Made by a program: the position numbers and the translations under genes. From assembly GCF_009914755.1 (NCBI RefSeq), contig NC_060934.1: a DNA stretch of 64,000 nucleotides. The stretch is one strand, 5' to 3'. Shown here piece by piece: positions 16,301-31,339 of this stretch (position 1 is the first letter of the stretch; each line of letters starts with the position of its first letter). This stretch comes from the human T2T-CHM13v2.0 reference genome, Homo sapiens. The notes beneath the pieces were generated by a model that did not search any database, was not told the origin of the DNA, and saw only the letters and a program-made list of their open reading frames with translations.

Positions 16301-16455
16301 AAGAAAGAATCAGGCTGTGGAGAGATAGAGAATCTTTGTTCCCCACCATCCACTATAAGAGAAACTAATAGGTACTTTGCTGTTTATGAAGAGCAAAGAA
16401 GAGCAAAGTGTGAGGCAGTTCCCGGGGGGCGGGGGAAATAGGTCTTGTGGAATAA

Positions 16456-16787
<332 letters not shown>

Positions 16788-18069
16788 TTCGTCAGCGAAT
16801 CTTTGAAAGGAGGAGATGGACACAGTGTAGAGAAAAGGCAGAAGTCCTGCATCTTATCCTGAGTCTTGCAGATAGTTTTGTTGACATCTAGTAAGGAAGA
16901 GGACTGGTAACTAACTGGCAAGCCCACACTGCCAAACTGGATCATTCCCAAGAGAAAATATACTAGAAACAAAATGAACCAAAGTGGCCATCCATACAGC
17001 AGGATTTTTCTGGGCTGCGGCTTAATTCTTCCTATATGGATGCTGTCCTATGACCAGGGACAACAAGCAGTTCTCTCAGTTGGGCACAGCACCCAACCAT
17101 TGGAAAGGTTTTGTTTTGTTTTGTTTGTTTGTTTGTTTGTTTCCAGCTATCACCTTGTCCTTACTATTCAGAAGGTAATTGTGGGTGAGTGACAGGAACA
17201 CTTTGGGGCTGGTACTTTGCCAATTTATATTCTTATGCTTAATAGATGTACATGGGAAGGCACAGTACCAACTCAGTAACTGCCTTTGATATTTTCATAC
17301 ACAACTACTCAAATATTGGAAACAAATCATTACAAATCTAAAGAGCTTTAGCTATGGGGTTCTACAGACTTTGTATAAGAAAACATTAGTTGATGAGAAA
17401 GTTTGAAAGAACAGCCACCTTGGCACAGAAACCCAGTATGAAATAGAATATAGACTCTTGGAAATGTGAAAGTTTTTCAAAATTCAAAGGAAAGTCCAAT
17501 TTCAGAAAACTGCAGGCTGGAAGATAGCTTATTGAATCCCAAATAAAGACATTACTATAAATTTCATTATGTAATTTGATAATTCTGACATTTACAAATG
17601 CATAATGACATCAATCTTGAATTGCACAAAATCAAACTCTCATACAAAATAAGCTGGATGGAAAAATTTTCCTTATTTTGCTCTGATCACCATTCCGCAG
17701 TTTTAAGGGCCAGTAGTTGTTTTAAACATATAAGTGGGATACTAAAAATGTATTTTTAAATTTCCTTTATGATTAGGAATTAAAGTCTATATAGTATAGG
17801 TTCACTACCTGATCTCTCACTTCTGCCTCAGTAAAGTTTCCTTGTCAACTCTAATGTAAATATTGGCAGAGTCTCCTCCTATCTTCTCTACCTCCTTAGC
17901 CAAAGATATAAACAAAAATTTCAGATGTTCTTAACAGAAATTGGACCAGAAAGTACAATAGCTTAGGGGCCTTTCATAATATCATAAAAGATTTCTTTTG
18001 GCAGAGTGAAGGATTTCTGCTCCACCTGCTTTCTCCCAGCTACCCAATCCTTGAACCCTTTCTCAGTCC

Positions 18070-19350
<1,281 letters not shown>

Positions 19351-20589
19351 ATTTAGTCCCCACCCAAACAACTCTTCGCCATCACAACATCTCCTTCGTC
19401 TTGTCATACAATTCATAGGCATATGCCATAAAATGGAATAGGAGTCTGAAAAACAGAAGAGACACTTACGGACTACCTGCTGGGAAGACGGGCCTAAGGG
19501 AGCCCCACAGTGGCTTTTTGACAATGAAAGGAAAAGCTACAGAAGAGAAAACCATGGCAGCTGCTGGTTAAGGGAAATGGGAGGATCTTCCTTTGGTGAA
19601 AATTGAGTTTGATGGGTGAGACCCACAAATTCTAGAGAAAGCAAAGCAGGCCTCTGGGCTGTTGTGGTGACCGCTATTTACCTGGGTGGCCTTTGGATCT
19701 CGCAAGTGCAGGAAGTGAAATATGGGAGTGGGATGGGTTGGGGGGCATGTAACTCAGAGGGCTGAGACTGGCAGAAAGACTCTTCAATATTTTACCTCCA
19801 TAAAAGAACTCAGAAATTTGGCAGCAAAGTAAAGTATTATTTGGCAGCTTTTAACACCAACCATGAATAATATTTGAACTTCAATTTTTTGATGTAACAC
19901 TCCAGTAACAGCACCGATCCTGTATATTAGATGCTCCTATGCATGCAAGGCAAAATCGCAGGAACAACAATCTGAGAATGCATTGTCTAAGATGTATTTC
20001 CCAACGTTACATATACCCTCGTTACTCTGTAGAACAGGGATATGACAACTGCCATCATCCCATACACAAAAATTCCACAGCCTCAGAAGCCACAGTTTCT
20101 GCTATTTCTAGCCTGCTAGTATGTAGATGCTGAAAATGGTAATATATGCTACTGAAGGACCTGGGTGTGGGCGGAAGGTATAGAAGACTGGGTGTAGCAA
20201 GGAAGTCTCAGCCCTCTGGGTATAATGGTTAGAAGGAAGGTCTAGATAGAATCTTTGTCTTTTACTGTGAGTTGGTATTTGCAAAGGTATAAGGAAAATT
20301 AAAACTTTCATGTGGCTGTGAAATAGAATGTGTGTAAGTCATTTACACAAATGTCATTCCTCTTGTAGCATAACAATCATATTATTAGATGTATCAGAGC
20401 AACTCCGATGTAAGTTTCATTTTGGTTACAACACCAACTCCTATATTAAATTAAACTCCTGTAGTATAAAGTTTAGCACTAGTTATGGGGAAGCAGCCTT
20501 ATTCAAAAATCACATTTCTTTGGTTCAAATTTCAGTGCTTGTGCTCAGGCAGCATGGCATCTGCTCAGGACTTTAGAAATAAATACAGA

Positions 20590-21040
20590 GAACATTGTTT
20601 CTAAAAGACCTGGAGGCTGAAATACAGAACATGGTCATCATTAAGTTTACAGATGACACTAATGGGACGAAGGACGGGTTAGGAATTCCAAATAAGAGTA
20701 CATGCAGGGTAGAGGCCTGGGGAGAACATCTTAACCATAAAAGCAAATGATGGAGAAGGACTGGTTTTGTGTGGTCATGACTAGACTAGGACCAGGGCTC
20801 ACTGGGGTTGAGGGGATGAAGCTGGTATAAATTTCTGGGGCATAGCACTCAGGGTCCAACTGTGTTACTATGAATTCAAATCCCTTGCAAAGATATTTAA
20901 CTAGTCCACACTTGCAAGCTCTGGGAGGGGCAAAAACTTTTTTTTAAAGGGACCTCAAACCCACTCGGGTTTGTGCAGTATTGATGTGATTTAGGATAAT
21001 ACTATCCCGGGTGTGCATAAAAAGGAGCAGAATGTAAACA
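20590..21040 (+). mobile_element. CR1/L3 reverse-transcriptase relic
   Basis: 20607-20660 translates DLEAEIQNMVIIKFTDDT (compare CR1 DLD.GIE..LIKFADDT); ~20975-21030 resembles the QCD..AN.ILGCI.RS region. Confidence 0.7.
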
Positions 21041-21079
21041 GTTATCCCTTGGTTCCCCTCTTAACCTTACCCCTTCCTA

Positions 21080-21800
21080 GCTGATTCATCCACATGTCCT
21101 TTAATTTCTACCTCCTGATATCTTTCATCTGTCCCCTTCTGCCTTGTTTATTGCCATTACCTTAGTTGAGCCAATAGCTTCCTCTCTAGGCTCTCTGCCT
21201 ACACTTTTGACTCTTTATGATCTACTCTCCACAGAGCAGCTAAAGTCATTCCCCTATAACTTAAATCCAATTATATCAGTTCCTTGTAAAGTTTCTTTAT
21301 TGGCTGCCCACTGCTTTTGGACTAAAAATCAAGCTCCTTATGGTGATCCGCACACTCTGCATGATCTGCCCCTGCTCAGCTCTCCAACCTCGTTTCCTAC
21401 CACGTGACTACTTTGCTACCTCTAGCTTTCCTCTCTGTTCTTTGAACCCTCTGGACCCTCTCCCTTCTAAGGCCCCTGCGCAAGACGGTGCTTCCTCTAG
21501 CTCCTCAAGAGCCCACGGCACTCTCATCCCTCAGGTCTCTGCTTAAGTGCTCCTCCTCAGAGACCTATCTTTACCTATTTAAAGTGGCCACTTCCCCAGA
21601 ATTCTCCAATCCCTTATTATATTTTCCACAATCTGTTGGAATGATCTTATTTATCCAGTTACTTATTTTTATTTGCCTCTGCCCTAGATCGACTCTGAGC
21701 TCCTTGAGAGTAAGAGGCTATGTCTGTTTCCTTTGTAGCTATATTCCCGGAGCCTAGCACAGTGTTGGCACAAGGCTGGCACTCAATAAATATTTGAGGA
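21080..21800 (+). mobile_element. L2 3' region
   Basis: ctactctccacagagcagc...gagctccttgagagtaag...gcctagcacagtgttggcac...ctcaataaatatttg. Confidence 0.85.
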
Positions 21801-22379
21801 GTAACTAAACCTGTCTCTCATCATGGGCCACTGCTGTGCCCAGCATATTTAAAAACTGGACCTCTGAATCCCATGGTCATTCCTAGGGGGGATATCTACA
21901 GCCACGGAGCTAATGAATGTACCTGAATAGTAAACTGAACTATGTATTTTAAGCCCCCAAGTTGCTGATCTGAGGCCCTTCAGCAGTGGGACAGGTGGGT
22001 ATCATTCGCGGTCAGGTGTTCTCTGAACCTTCTATTGTAGCAGTGGCAGCTTTGAAAAAACTTTTTTTTCTTCTGTTACTTCCTACCTGTATTTTCTATG
22101 CCTTGAAGAATGTCTCTAAATTTGGTATCACCCGCATTCTCATTAAGGTGGCTTTAACATCTGTCTTCTAGATCCCGAATGATGATGAGAGAGACAATAA
22201 TTAAAGGGATCCTCATCCCTGACAGCCTCCCAGCAGGCACTCCCTGCTCAGCCAGAGCCACTCATCACTCTCCTGTGTTTGCCTTCTCCCAGCCAGCTTT
22301 TAGTTCATTTGACTGGCTTAGATTCAAATACACTTAAGTTTTGAAAGCTGAGCTTTATAATTCTAGATACTTACATTCT

Positions 22380-23100
22380 CTGAGTCATGTCATTTTCTCA
22401 AAAAAGCATATGATGTGAGTTTTAGAGGGCATTTCCGGAGGCAGAGCTGGAATTACAAAAAAAAAGCAGGAGAGCAAAGAGGATGGATGATGCTTTGATC
22501 AACACTCATTTCCCAGGCCACATGGTGATTCCATCAGTGAAGCATGGTGTGTGCAGATCAAACCAGGAGAGCCGGAGGAGAACAGACACCCAATTAGTTA
22601 TAATAACCTTTGACTGGTAAATGAAAGGAAGGAACTACGGAAACCTGGACACCCAGAATGAATTTCGGGACCAAATCCCTCTGAGTTTCCTATCCTATTA
22701 TGTGTCAGCCGGAAGGGCAGCCTTTCCGAGGGAAGTGCTGTGCATTCATTAGAACATGGGGAGCCAAGTGATTGGGAAGCAGCAGCCCCAAATGGGCTTT
22801 ACGGTTACTGTGAATGAAAAAGAAAGGCCATGTATTTTTAAGAGAAAAAGCCATATAAATCTGACAGCTCCACCCCACTCATAGCAAACCTCAGTCATCT
22901 CCAGCCAAACCACTCTATTTTCCTGACAGAGACTTGCACAGTGGGAAGACACTGTGAAAAATCAGTGGTAACAACCGCAAACCACTTATGGTACGCCCTG
23001 GGCTTAATCATGATGTTTTTGGGTTCATTCGGGGCAGGGTCACCCTCCATTTTCAAATGCGCGCACGCGCGCACACACACAGACACACACAAACTCTTAC
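22380..23100. promoter_or_regulatory. Candidate enhancer (repeat-free, CpG-retaining)
   Basis: AP-1 TGAGTCA at 22381, ETS cores CCGGAA/GGAAGT near 22709-22736, RUNX AACCGCA at 22973, locally many CpGs, alternating purine-pyrimidine tract at 23058-23090. Confidence 0.35.
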
Positions 23101-23299
23101 TCAACCAACACACACTCAGTGATAGCCTCACACACAGAAGATGAATTATGCAAGTAAATTTTCTATTTTCTCTCTTAAATTGAATTAAGCCTCTTTCGAA
23201 ACTTCTAAGTTATCAGTCTTAATAATTCTATTATCCAGTTAATGTTTTTATTTTTGTTGTGTTGAGATAGACTAACAGGGATGAAAAACAGATTTTAAA

Positions 23300-23430
23300 T
23301 TTCTAGTTAAATCTGCAAATATTGATTGATAGTGATCTCTATCGACACTTAAAATGCACATACCCTTTAACCCAGTCATTCTATTTCTAGGTATTTTTAT
23401 TAAAGACATGTAAAAATATACAAAGACATA
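23300..23430 (+). mobile_element. L1ME fragment
   Basis: taaaatgcacataccctttaacccagtcattctatttctaggtattt. Confidence 0.6.
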
Positions 23431-23439
23431 CCTAGCCAT

Positions 23440-23950
23440 CCATCTTCTCCATTTTTGTACTCAAGCAGCTGAATGTAGCTGGAGAAAAGCACAGTCAGGC
23501 AAATAGGTTTCACTTTAACATGATCTCAAACCTCACATGCCCTCAACTCTGCAGTAATCCTAGATGTTTCTCTAGTTTCTTTATCAAGCTTGCCTTTCTA
23601 ATCTCTGATATGACTATTTTGCACTTTTCCTTTCTCTTCAAAATCTCTTCTCCAATCACTTCCCTTCCTCTTAGCCTTGTCTCGCACTTCAAGCAGTAAG
23701 TACAGAAAGCTATGGTTTGGAAGCTCTCCTTTCTTATTACCACCAAATCTATGCATGATTGCCACTGTACCCTTCTCTTTTCTCCTGCACAAATTGGATG
23801 TGCTAAATGCTGTTCTTCCTAAGCAAGGTTAGGTTCTGTGTCTGTCATCTCTCACCTTGTTTCTCTCCTTCATCCTCACTCCTCTAACTTTCACCTGGAT
23901 TTAGATATGCTTACACATTTATATCTTCAGCCATGGTATTGAAAAAGGTT
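23440..23950 (+). mobile_element. L2 fragments
   Basis: agcagctgaatgtagctggagaaaagcaca...; pyrimidine-rich L2-like text; boundaries approximate. Confidence 0.55.
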
Positions 23951-24293
23951 TATGCCACACCTAAATAGCTGTAGAGCACTCTGTGATAGAGCACCTAGAT
24001 GACTGGAGTCATCCCTGCTGACTCTGGGACAGATTGCTTGGATCCTTACCAACTGCCAGGACCTCATCTGATTGGAAAAACCTGCAGAGCAAATTGGTGC
24101 CCACTGGCTCCTTTTGGTTTCCTTCTGGCTGCTTCATTTGTATTTCTAGACAGATGTATGGAGGAGTGTATATACATGGGGATGAGGTGGGGTGGGGTTT
24201 GCGCTCTCTCCTGCTCAAAGGTACTAAGCCAGCCAGATTTACTTCAGTTCACCTTCTGTGTTCCATCCCTCACTTGGAGGACTTTAAATCTTC

Positions 24294-24473
24294 TAGTGGT
24301 TCTCAAACTTTAGCATGCATAAAGGATCACCCAGAGGGCTTGTTAAAACCAGATTTCTGAGCCCCATCCCCAGAGATTCTGATTCCGTAAGACTGACGTG
24401 GACTCCAAAATTTGCATTTCTAACAGGTTCCCAGTGATGCTGATGGTCTGGGACTCTACTTTGAGAACTGTTA
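24294..24473. mobile_element. MER5A (hAT-Charlie)
   Basis: agtggttctcaaactttagcatgcat...cagagattctgattc...aatttgcatttctaacaggttccc...ctttgagaac. Confidence 0.9.
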
Positions 24474-24994
24474 CTTCAATGGGTTAACTTTGACTCTCCT
24501 TTATCCATGTACAAGGGATCTTGAGGCAAGTGTCATGAGGTCATACAGGAGAGCATCCATCCCTTTTGTTAGCTCTCAGTCCAAAGGCTTTTGATTTCAC
24601 TGCCTGACAAGCTCCTGGCAGTCTCTGCATTAGAGAGGTGGCAAGTAGCTGTGTGGAATGTGTCTGCTCTGCTCGGACTGGCTCCAGGATTGCAGCCCCC
24701 ACCCTGTAGTGTATACACAGCATCCACAGGTAACCTGTAGCAGGGCTTTGGAGAGTCAGATGTAGGAAAGGATGCAGCCCCGCATTTTCATCCCTTCCCC
24801 AACATGATGCCTCCCACCCCCGAGGTGGCCCTACTGGAGAAGACTCCAGGAGGAGCGAGTAGAGGGACCCTCCACTGAGGCCTGTTACTGAAGGAAGAGG
24901 TCTGGACCCTGTGAAGAAGGCCCTGAAAGTCAGTCAGTCATTTCTGCCCTTGATTTTCTCTACTCCCCTCCCTGCCTGCCTGGCCATTTTCTTC

Positions 24995-25310
24995 TTCCCT
25001 TTCTTCCCTCAATATTAACTGAATATATCTCCGTGCCAGGCACTATACTATGGAAGTTAGGGACAACAAATGTGGAAAACCCAGTCCTCACCCTCCAACA
25101 TTTTATGCCCCAGTGGCAAAGACAGATATTAAGTGACCACCATAGAAGATCAAAAGCAATAGGTGCTAAAATGCAAATACATGGAAATACAGGGAGCACA
25201 GAGGTAGGAACAATGGATTCTGACAAAAGAAATTAGGAAAGACTTCAATAAGAGGGTGGCATTTTAACTTGTTCCAGGAGAATGGGAAGAACGAGGAGTT
25301 TGTGCTTTGG
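24995..25310 (-). mobile_element. L2 3' end
   Basis: atattaactgaatatctccgtgccaggcactatact...ggaaagacttc. Confidence 0.7.
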
Positions 25311-25799
25311 AGAACAGAAACGGCTAAGCTCTCCCCTTAGTATGGTACCCCTTTCCGATGGGAAAACAGCATATTTCAAAGCCTTTACTTAGTGCTATCA
25401 AGAGCACCAGCTCTTCCTGGCTGCAGCCCCACATCCAAGGGTGTCTTCCAGCCATCCACACTGGTAGTCACTGCTGGGATCTACTGTACTCTGGGCCTGG
25501 TATTCAAGCAACTGTAGTGCACGTGCGGGCTAATAATGGGGAGAACTCATGACGAATGATCATGGCTTATAATTCCAAAGAGGGTCTTTCTAGGGAAAGA
25601 TGTCCAGTTTCTCAAATTAGGGCAACAAGCTCAATCTTACATTTCTCATCTTTCCCACATGTCAGCCTTATCAGGCATGTGGGCTTTTTCTTTTTTTTGA
25701 CCTCTATCCTGTGACATAAGAAAGACAGTAGCTATTTTTCTGGATATCTAAGGTGAAAGTTTAACACAGGAAGCCCCCTGGTGACTCTGTATTTCCCCT

Positions 25800-25945
25800 C
25801 TACTGTTTGCTTACCAACTCTGTGACCCTTAGCAAGTTACTTTATCTCTCTGTGTGTCAATTTTCCTCATCCACAAATGGGGATCATAATACCTAAACTC
25901 ATAGGGTTGTTGTGAGAATTAAATGAATTAATACTTATAAGTACT
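25800..25945 (+). mobile_element. MIR
   Basis: ctgtgacccttagcaagttactttatctctctgtg...ttcctcatc...ctcatagggttgttgtgagaattaaatga. Confidence 0.85.
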
Positions 25946-26359
25946 CCATAACTGCTAGTTGTTTTTTCATATTGACATTTAAACCAAGCAAATATATTTT
26001 AAGGTAAATTAGCCCCAGAAGGTCCTTATTTCTATTTTTTTCATGTGTTTAATTCAGAACTCTTTATCTGGATTTCAAGAGGGCCCTTCCTAAGCCAGGC
26101 CATGTGCAATGTTTGCCTGTTTAACATGACAGACCCCTAATCTATCGCTAGGGCTGAGAAGCTCTTTGAGAGCTTGGAGAAGAAAACTCTCCTGTTCCTA
26201 TGTTGGGAGTCTCTAGTATTTCTTCAACACCTCTCCCAAATTGTTTGTTATGTACGAAGCTTCAGAAATAGAGAAGGTACATCAGATCCTACAACACAAA
26301 GGGCTAGCACAGAAATCTTGAAATGCCTATTGCTATAAAGGGAGTTGGGAATGGGAAAC

Positions 26360-26740
26360 TCATGGACCCTTGAATCCAGCCTGGGTTGAATTCTGCCTCT
26401 GCTTCGTGATCTTGGGCCCATACCTTAAGCACCCTTTGCCTCACTTATCTGAAAAAACAAAGATGATAAAGATGCCTACCTCAGGGGGTTACTGAGAGGA
26501 CTAAATAATACATTTTGGGTAAAGCATTATTATTATAGTGCTTGATACATAATACACACTCAATAATATTAGCTCTTGTAGCATAATGTAAAGAAGACCA
26601 GATTGGAAGTTGAAGTTACAGAGTTTTCGTCCAAGTGTGTCACTATTAATCTCCAATAATAATTGTTGGAGCTGCACTTTCTTTTCTGTAAAATAAAGGA
26701 GTAGGAGAAGATGGTTTCAAAAGATTCTTCCAGGTATAAT
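26360..26740 (+). mobile_element. Two adjacent MIR/MIR3 fragments
   Basis: gcctgggttgaattctgcctctgc...cctacctcagggggttactgagagg; second copy ttctgtaaaataaaggagtaggagaagatggtttc. Confidence 0.7.
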
Positions 26741-27539
26741 CAGCTTTTTTTAGCCTCTATCATCTTTCCTTTCAGAGGGCAGAACAATAGCTTCTCTCTC
26801 TCTCTGGGATTCAGGGAATAGACTGCAGACCCTGGAAGAGCTTCCTTTTATTTGTCTATTTGGCCTTTATTGCTTCTGGCCTTACTGATTTTCAGGGATG
26901 AGGGCTGACCTGATTCTTTCTCTTTCATGGGCCTGAGCCTATTTCCATTTTAACAGATGCTCTGGGCTTACTTTGATCCCTTTCTATTTTGATATTCACT
27001 GAAGAACTAGAACTAGATATGTGTCTTCTTGGAGCCTCAATCTTCTCAGTTGTAGAGACTGGATGATCTCTAAGATCCCTTCTAATGCCAATGTTCTATG
27101 AGTCTGTGAATCCAAACTGGTACCCCTTTCCAGCTGAAGTTTGGCCTTGACTGCTACAAAGCTGGATGCATTCAAGGGCAGTGTGGGCAACAAAGATTTC
27201 AGCCAATGGCGAGAACTACAAATGAAGCAGCTGTAATGTCAGGAAGCATCACCATAATTTGAGGCTCAAACAGCGTAAAGTAGAATTTTATAGAAGGTAG
27301 GCTTTTGGAGGTGTTTATGGAAGTCACAATGGGACAGTTTGAAGATAGAATAATGCCTTAATACAAAATTTCCTGGCTTTCTTTTGAGTCATTGGAACAC
27401 AGTGTTTATGTTTCGTAATGTTAATCACATGCAATTCTTCTAAATCTGGGATCTAATGGATGCAAAAATTGGTCCAAATGTCAATTTTAAACATATGTTT
27501 TTTATATTGAATAGACCTGTATAGTTCCAAACACCAGTT

Positions 27540-28230
27540 AACTCTTTGATGAAATTAGGGTCTGATTTTTTTCAGAGGTGGTTCTGATTGCTATTCAAGA
27601 AAGAAGAAAACCTTAGATCACTCCAGCAATGGGGTCAGCTGAGGAAGACTATTTCCTGAAACAAAGCATGAAGCCTGGGATAGCTCAGTAAATACTGCTC
27701 ACCCTAAGTAATGGATGGAGTTGGGAAGCTGTCCGGCAGACTTTGGTAGACTCTGGAAATTTGAAAATCGGACAGAACAATGAAAGCCAACGTGAGAACC
27801 CTTTCATGGGGACTTTAAATGCAGATGGAGAACATGCTGATTTTGTTGGTCATTAATAGTCATCTGAATTTCAAAATGACCATTTTCATTTTTTTCTACT
27901 GATGTGAAACAGTTTCACTCAGTCCTCAGAGAGCAATTAACCAGACTTTTTGTTGGTATCCAACAACTGTGCTTGTTGTTTTGTCTTAAGAAAAGGAGGC
28001 TGGGAGATGACTTAGCCTTTCAGGACAATAAGAAATTTACAGTTTAAAAAGTGACAGAAATAGGGTTAGACATAAGTTTTTAAATGCCAGGACATCACAA
28101 TGAGAACTGGCAAAAACCATGATATGGAGGAATGGGTGGCATCTGCTCTGAAGATCTGACAACTACTATCTGTTTTATCCTACAAGGAAATGGAGGACAA
28201 TTTGATTCTTAAAGTTCCTTCCCACTTGGT
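27540..28230 (+). mobile_element. CR1/L3-like relic including 3' end
   Basis: NLRSLQQWG-like frame near 27609; agaaaaggaggctgggagatgactt, ttagacataag and gattcttaaagttccttcccac resemble L3 3' motifs. Confidence 0.5.
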
Positions 28231-28299
28231 GCTTCAAATAACACTGCCATGACTCATAACCATTTGGATATTTAAATTGGAATTGTCTTTTGAGCCAAT

Positions 28300-28985
<686 letters not shown>

Positions 28986-30694
28986 TAAGGAGAACCTTCC
29001 CTTCCACCCGCCTCTCAGATTTTAGGAGAGCAAGTGAAATGATTCAACTTTGTGGGTTACCTACAGAAAACAACTTCATACTATATTTTTACTACTGTCT
29101 TTGAAACCTGCTTTCCTATCCGTGAATGTCCGTCTTCTCAAAGCAGATTTCTTAGCTTTTAGATAATAATGAACAATTTTATTTTCAGATTTTAAAAAGT
29201 CCAGGCAATTTTATATAAAAACTAGTTTTTCATCCAATTTGATTTACATCTTGGACAATTTAGGCTTGACATAAATCAGAAAACTGCAGTGAGGGGAGAG
29301 GCTACATATTTTTGTTTGTTTTTTTTTTAATTCTCTTCCTACCAATTCCTGAAGGAGCAGAGGGAAAGAAGAAAGGTATAATTGGGACAACCATACTTAT
29401 TGACTGTGGTGGTGTAATATGGCTTTGGTTCACCCTCTGAGGGTGATGCCAAATCATGGACCCCTCTCTTGCCAGACATTTTTGTGGGTTCTTCCAATGC
29501 TTTCCTGCTGGAAACCCCCATGTCATACTGTTTTCTTAGGCAGGCAGTATACTCTGGTGGACCACTTGAAACTCCTCTAAGCGTATACTATTGATATATA
29601 TATCTCAGTCTCTTTCTGTTGGGACATGATTCTTTAAAGATAACTGAAAGCTTGGTTACCTGTTGTGGTAACTACTCTAGCCCAGGAGAGAGAGGCATCT
29701 TTGTTCTGCCCTTAGTAGAGATATAATTTCATAATACAACCACCCTCTCACCTCTTTCAACTGTTAGGGACAGTTCCAGCCTGCCTCTTCATTAGACCTT
29801 TCCAGATGAGAACCAGGCACTGGGCTCCGTGCCTGCCAAACTTCAGCACATATCAAGGCTCCCCAAGAACTCTTTTGATACTCTAGAGTGTTTCTGGAGC
29901 CAAGGAACCCTATCACTGGGCTTGGAGTGGAGAAGAAGAGCCTTCCTCCTGTTCCTACTGCCAAGTTGATGACACAGCTCTCTTCAAACACAGACAGAAT
30001 CTTCTCCCTCATTAACCTCACAGCCCCCTCTTATATGCAGACAAAAGATGGGCAATAGGTCCCATCTCATTTGGGTCCAGAGCTGGTCTGGGGCTACCCC
30101 TTAGGAAGTCCTGCATGGACAGGTTAGCTCTAACTTCTTTTTAAGATGTATGGGCACTTTATACCCATCAACCTCAGCTTTGGGGCTTCAGGTGGAATGG
30201 ACAACAGAAAAGTCCCACTTGTTACAAAAGTAAAGGCTCAATGAGAATCAGAATCAGAGTCATGGTGGAGCTGAAAGGATATTCTCAGTTTATTATTCGA
30301 AAGATCATTTCAGACACAACTATTTCTTTATTGCTTTATTTTAGGTTAGTGGGGAACCCAAACAAAACTGCTAATGAAGCAGGGCAGGTGGAAACCATTG
30401 AGGTGATGCTGGAAAGAGAGAGCACTTCAATGTGAACAAAGAATCCTGATGGTCCTTCCTTCTGAACTGTGAAGGCAAAGTGAAGTGCAGACGAATCTCA
30501 TTACAAGAGATAGGGAAAAAAGGGGAAGGCCAGAGTTGGTGGGGAAACATCAGGAAGTGTAGTCATGTTTGCCATCTAAGGCCAAGGGAAACAGAGTCAG
30601 GTAAGGCAGGAGAAGATTCATAGCTCTGAATCAACAGATTCGTGCTGGAGAATTAGCTCATTGCCAGGGAAGAGAACGTCTAAAGCTTTAAGTA

Positions 30695-31335
30695 CATATT
30701 CACTGTCTCACCCATGCACACACATGCCACAAATGCTTCCTGGTGCTGACTCTGTACCAGGGACTGTGGTAGGCACTGGGATTGCAGCCATGAATGTAAG
30801 AGAGTTTACTCAGAGGAAAACAAATAAACCACATTCAAGGGACTAAAATAAGTTCTGTTTGGCTGGAGAACAGAGCGCAAGAAGAAGGATGGCACAAGAT
30901 GGGGTTGGAGATGTGGGTAAAGGTCAAATCATGCAAGTCTCTGTGGCCCATTTTAAGGAATCTGAATTTTATTCCAGAGGCAGTGAATTAAAGGGTTTTA
31001 AGAAGGTGTTAACATACACTGTGTTTTATAAAATATTTTTGGCCTCAGTGTAGAAAATGGATTGAAAGAGAGGCCAAAATAAGTTAAGGAGACTTGGGGA
31101 GTAAGATGAAGGAGTAAGTTAAGTTTCTAACTCAGGCAATTGTGTGACAGTGATGCCATTTGTTTAGATAAGGACGTTAGAGAAGATTCAAACTTATGGC
31201 AAGGGAATGGAGAGGTAGGGGAATGGAGATGTTGAGCTTACATTTAGATAAACATGCCTGTGAAACATCCAGTTGTTTATGTCCAGCAGAAAGCTGAAGG
31301 CCAGAAGAGAGAAATGGTCAAGACATATGTATTTG
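30695..31335 (-). mobile_element. L2 fragments
   Basis: gtaccagggactgtggtaggcactggg...gatggggttggagatgtgggtaaaggtcaaatcatgc...gcctgtgaaacatccaag-like motif. Confidence 0.7.
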
Positions 31336-31339
31336 TGAG

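Noticed and set aside
19446-19469. Minus-strand GTAAGT...TTTTTCAG 24-nt mini-intron
   Set aside because: Too short for spliceosomal excision, and the flanks give no recognisable peptide.
21471-21484. 14-nt match ggcccctgcgcaag to U6 snRNA
   Set aside because: No flanking U6 similarity; it sits at the position of the L2 gggcctttgcac motif, so it is a chance match.
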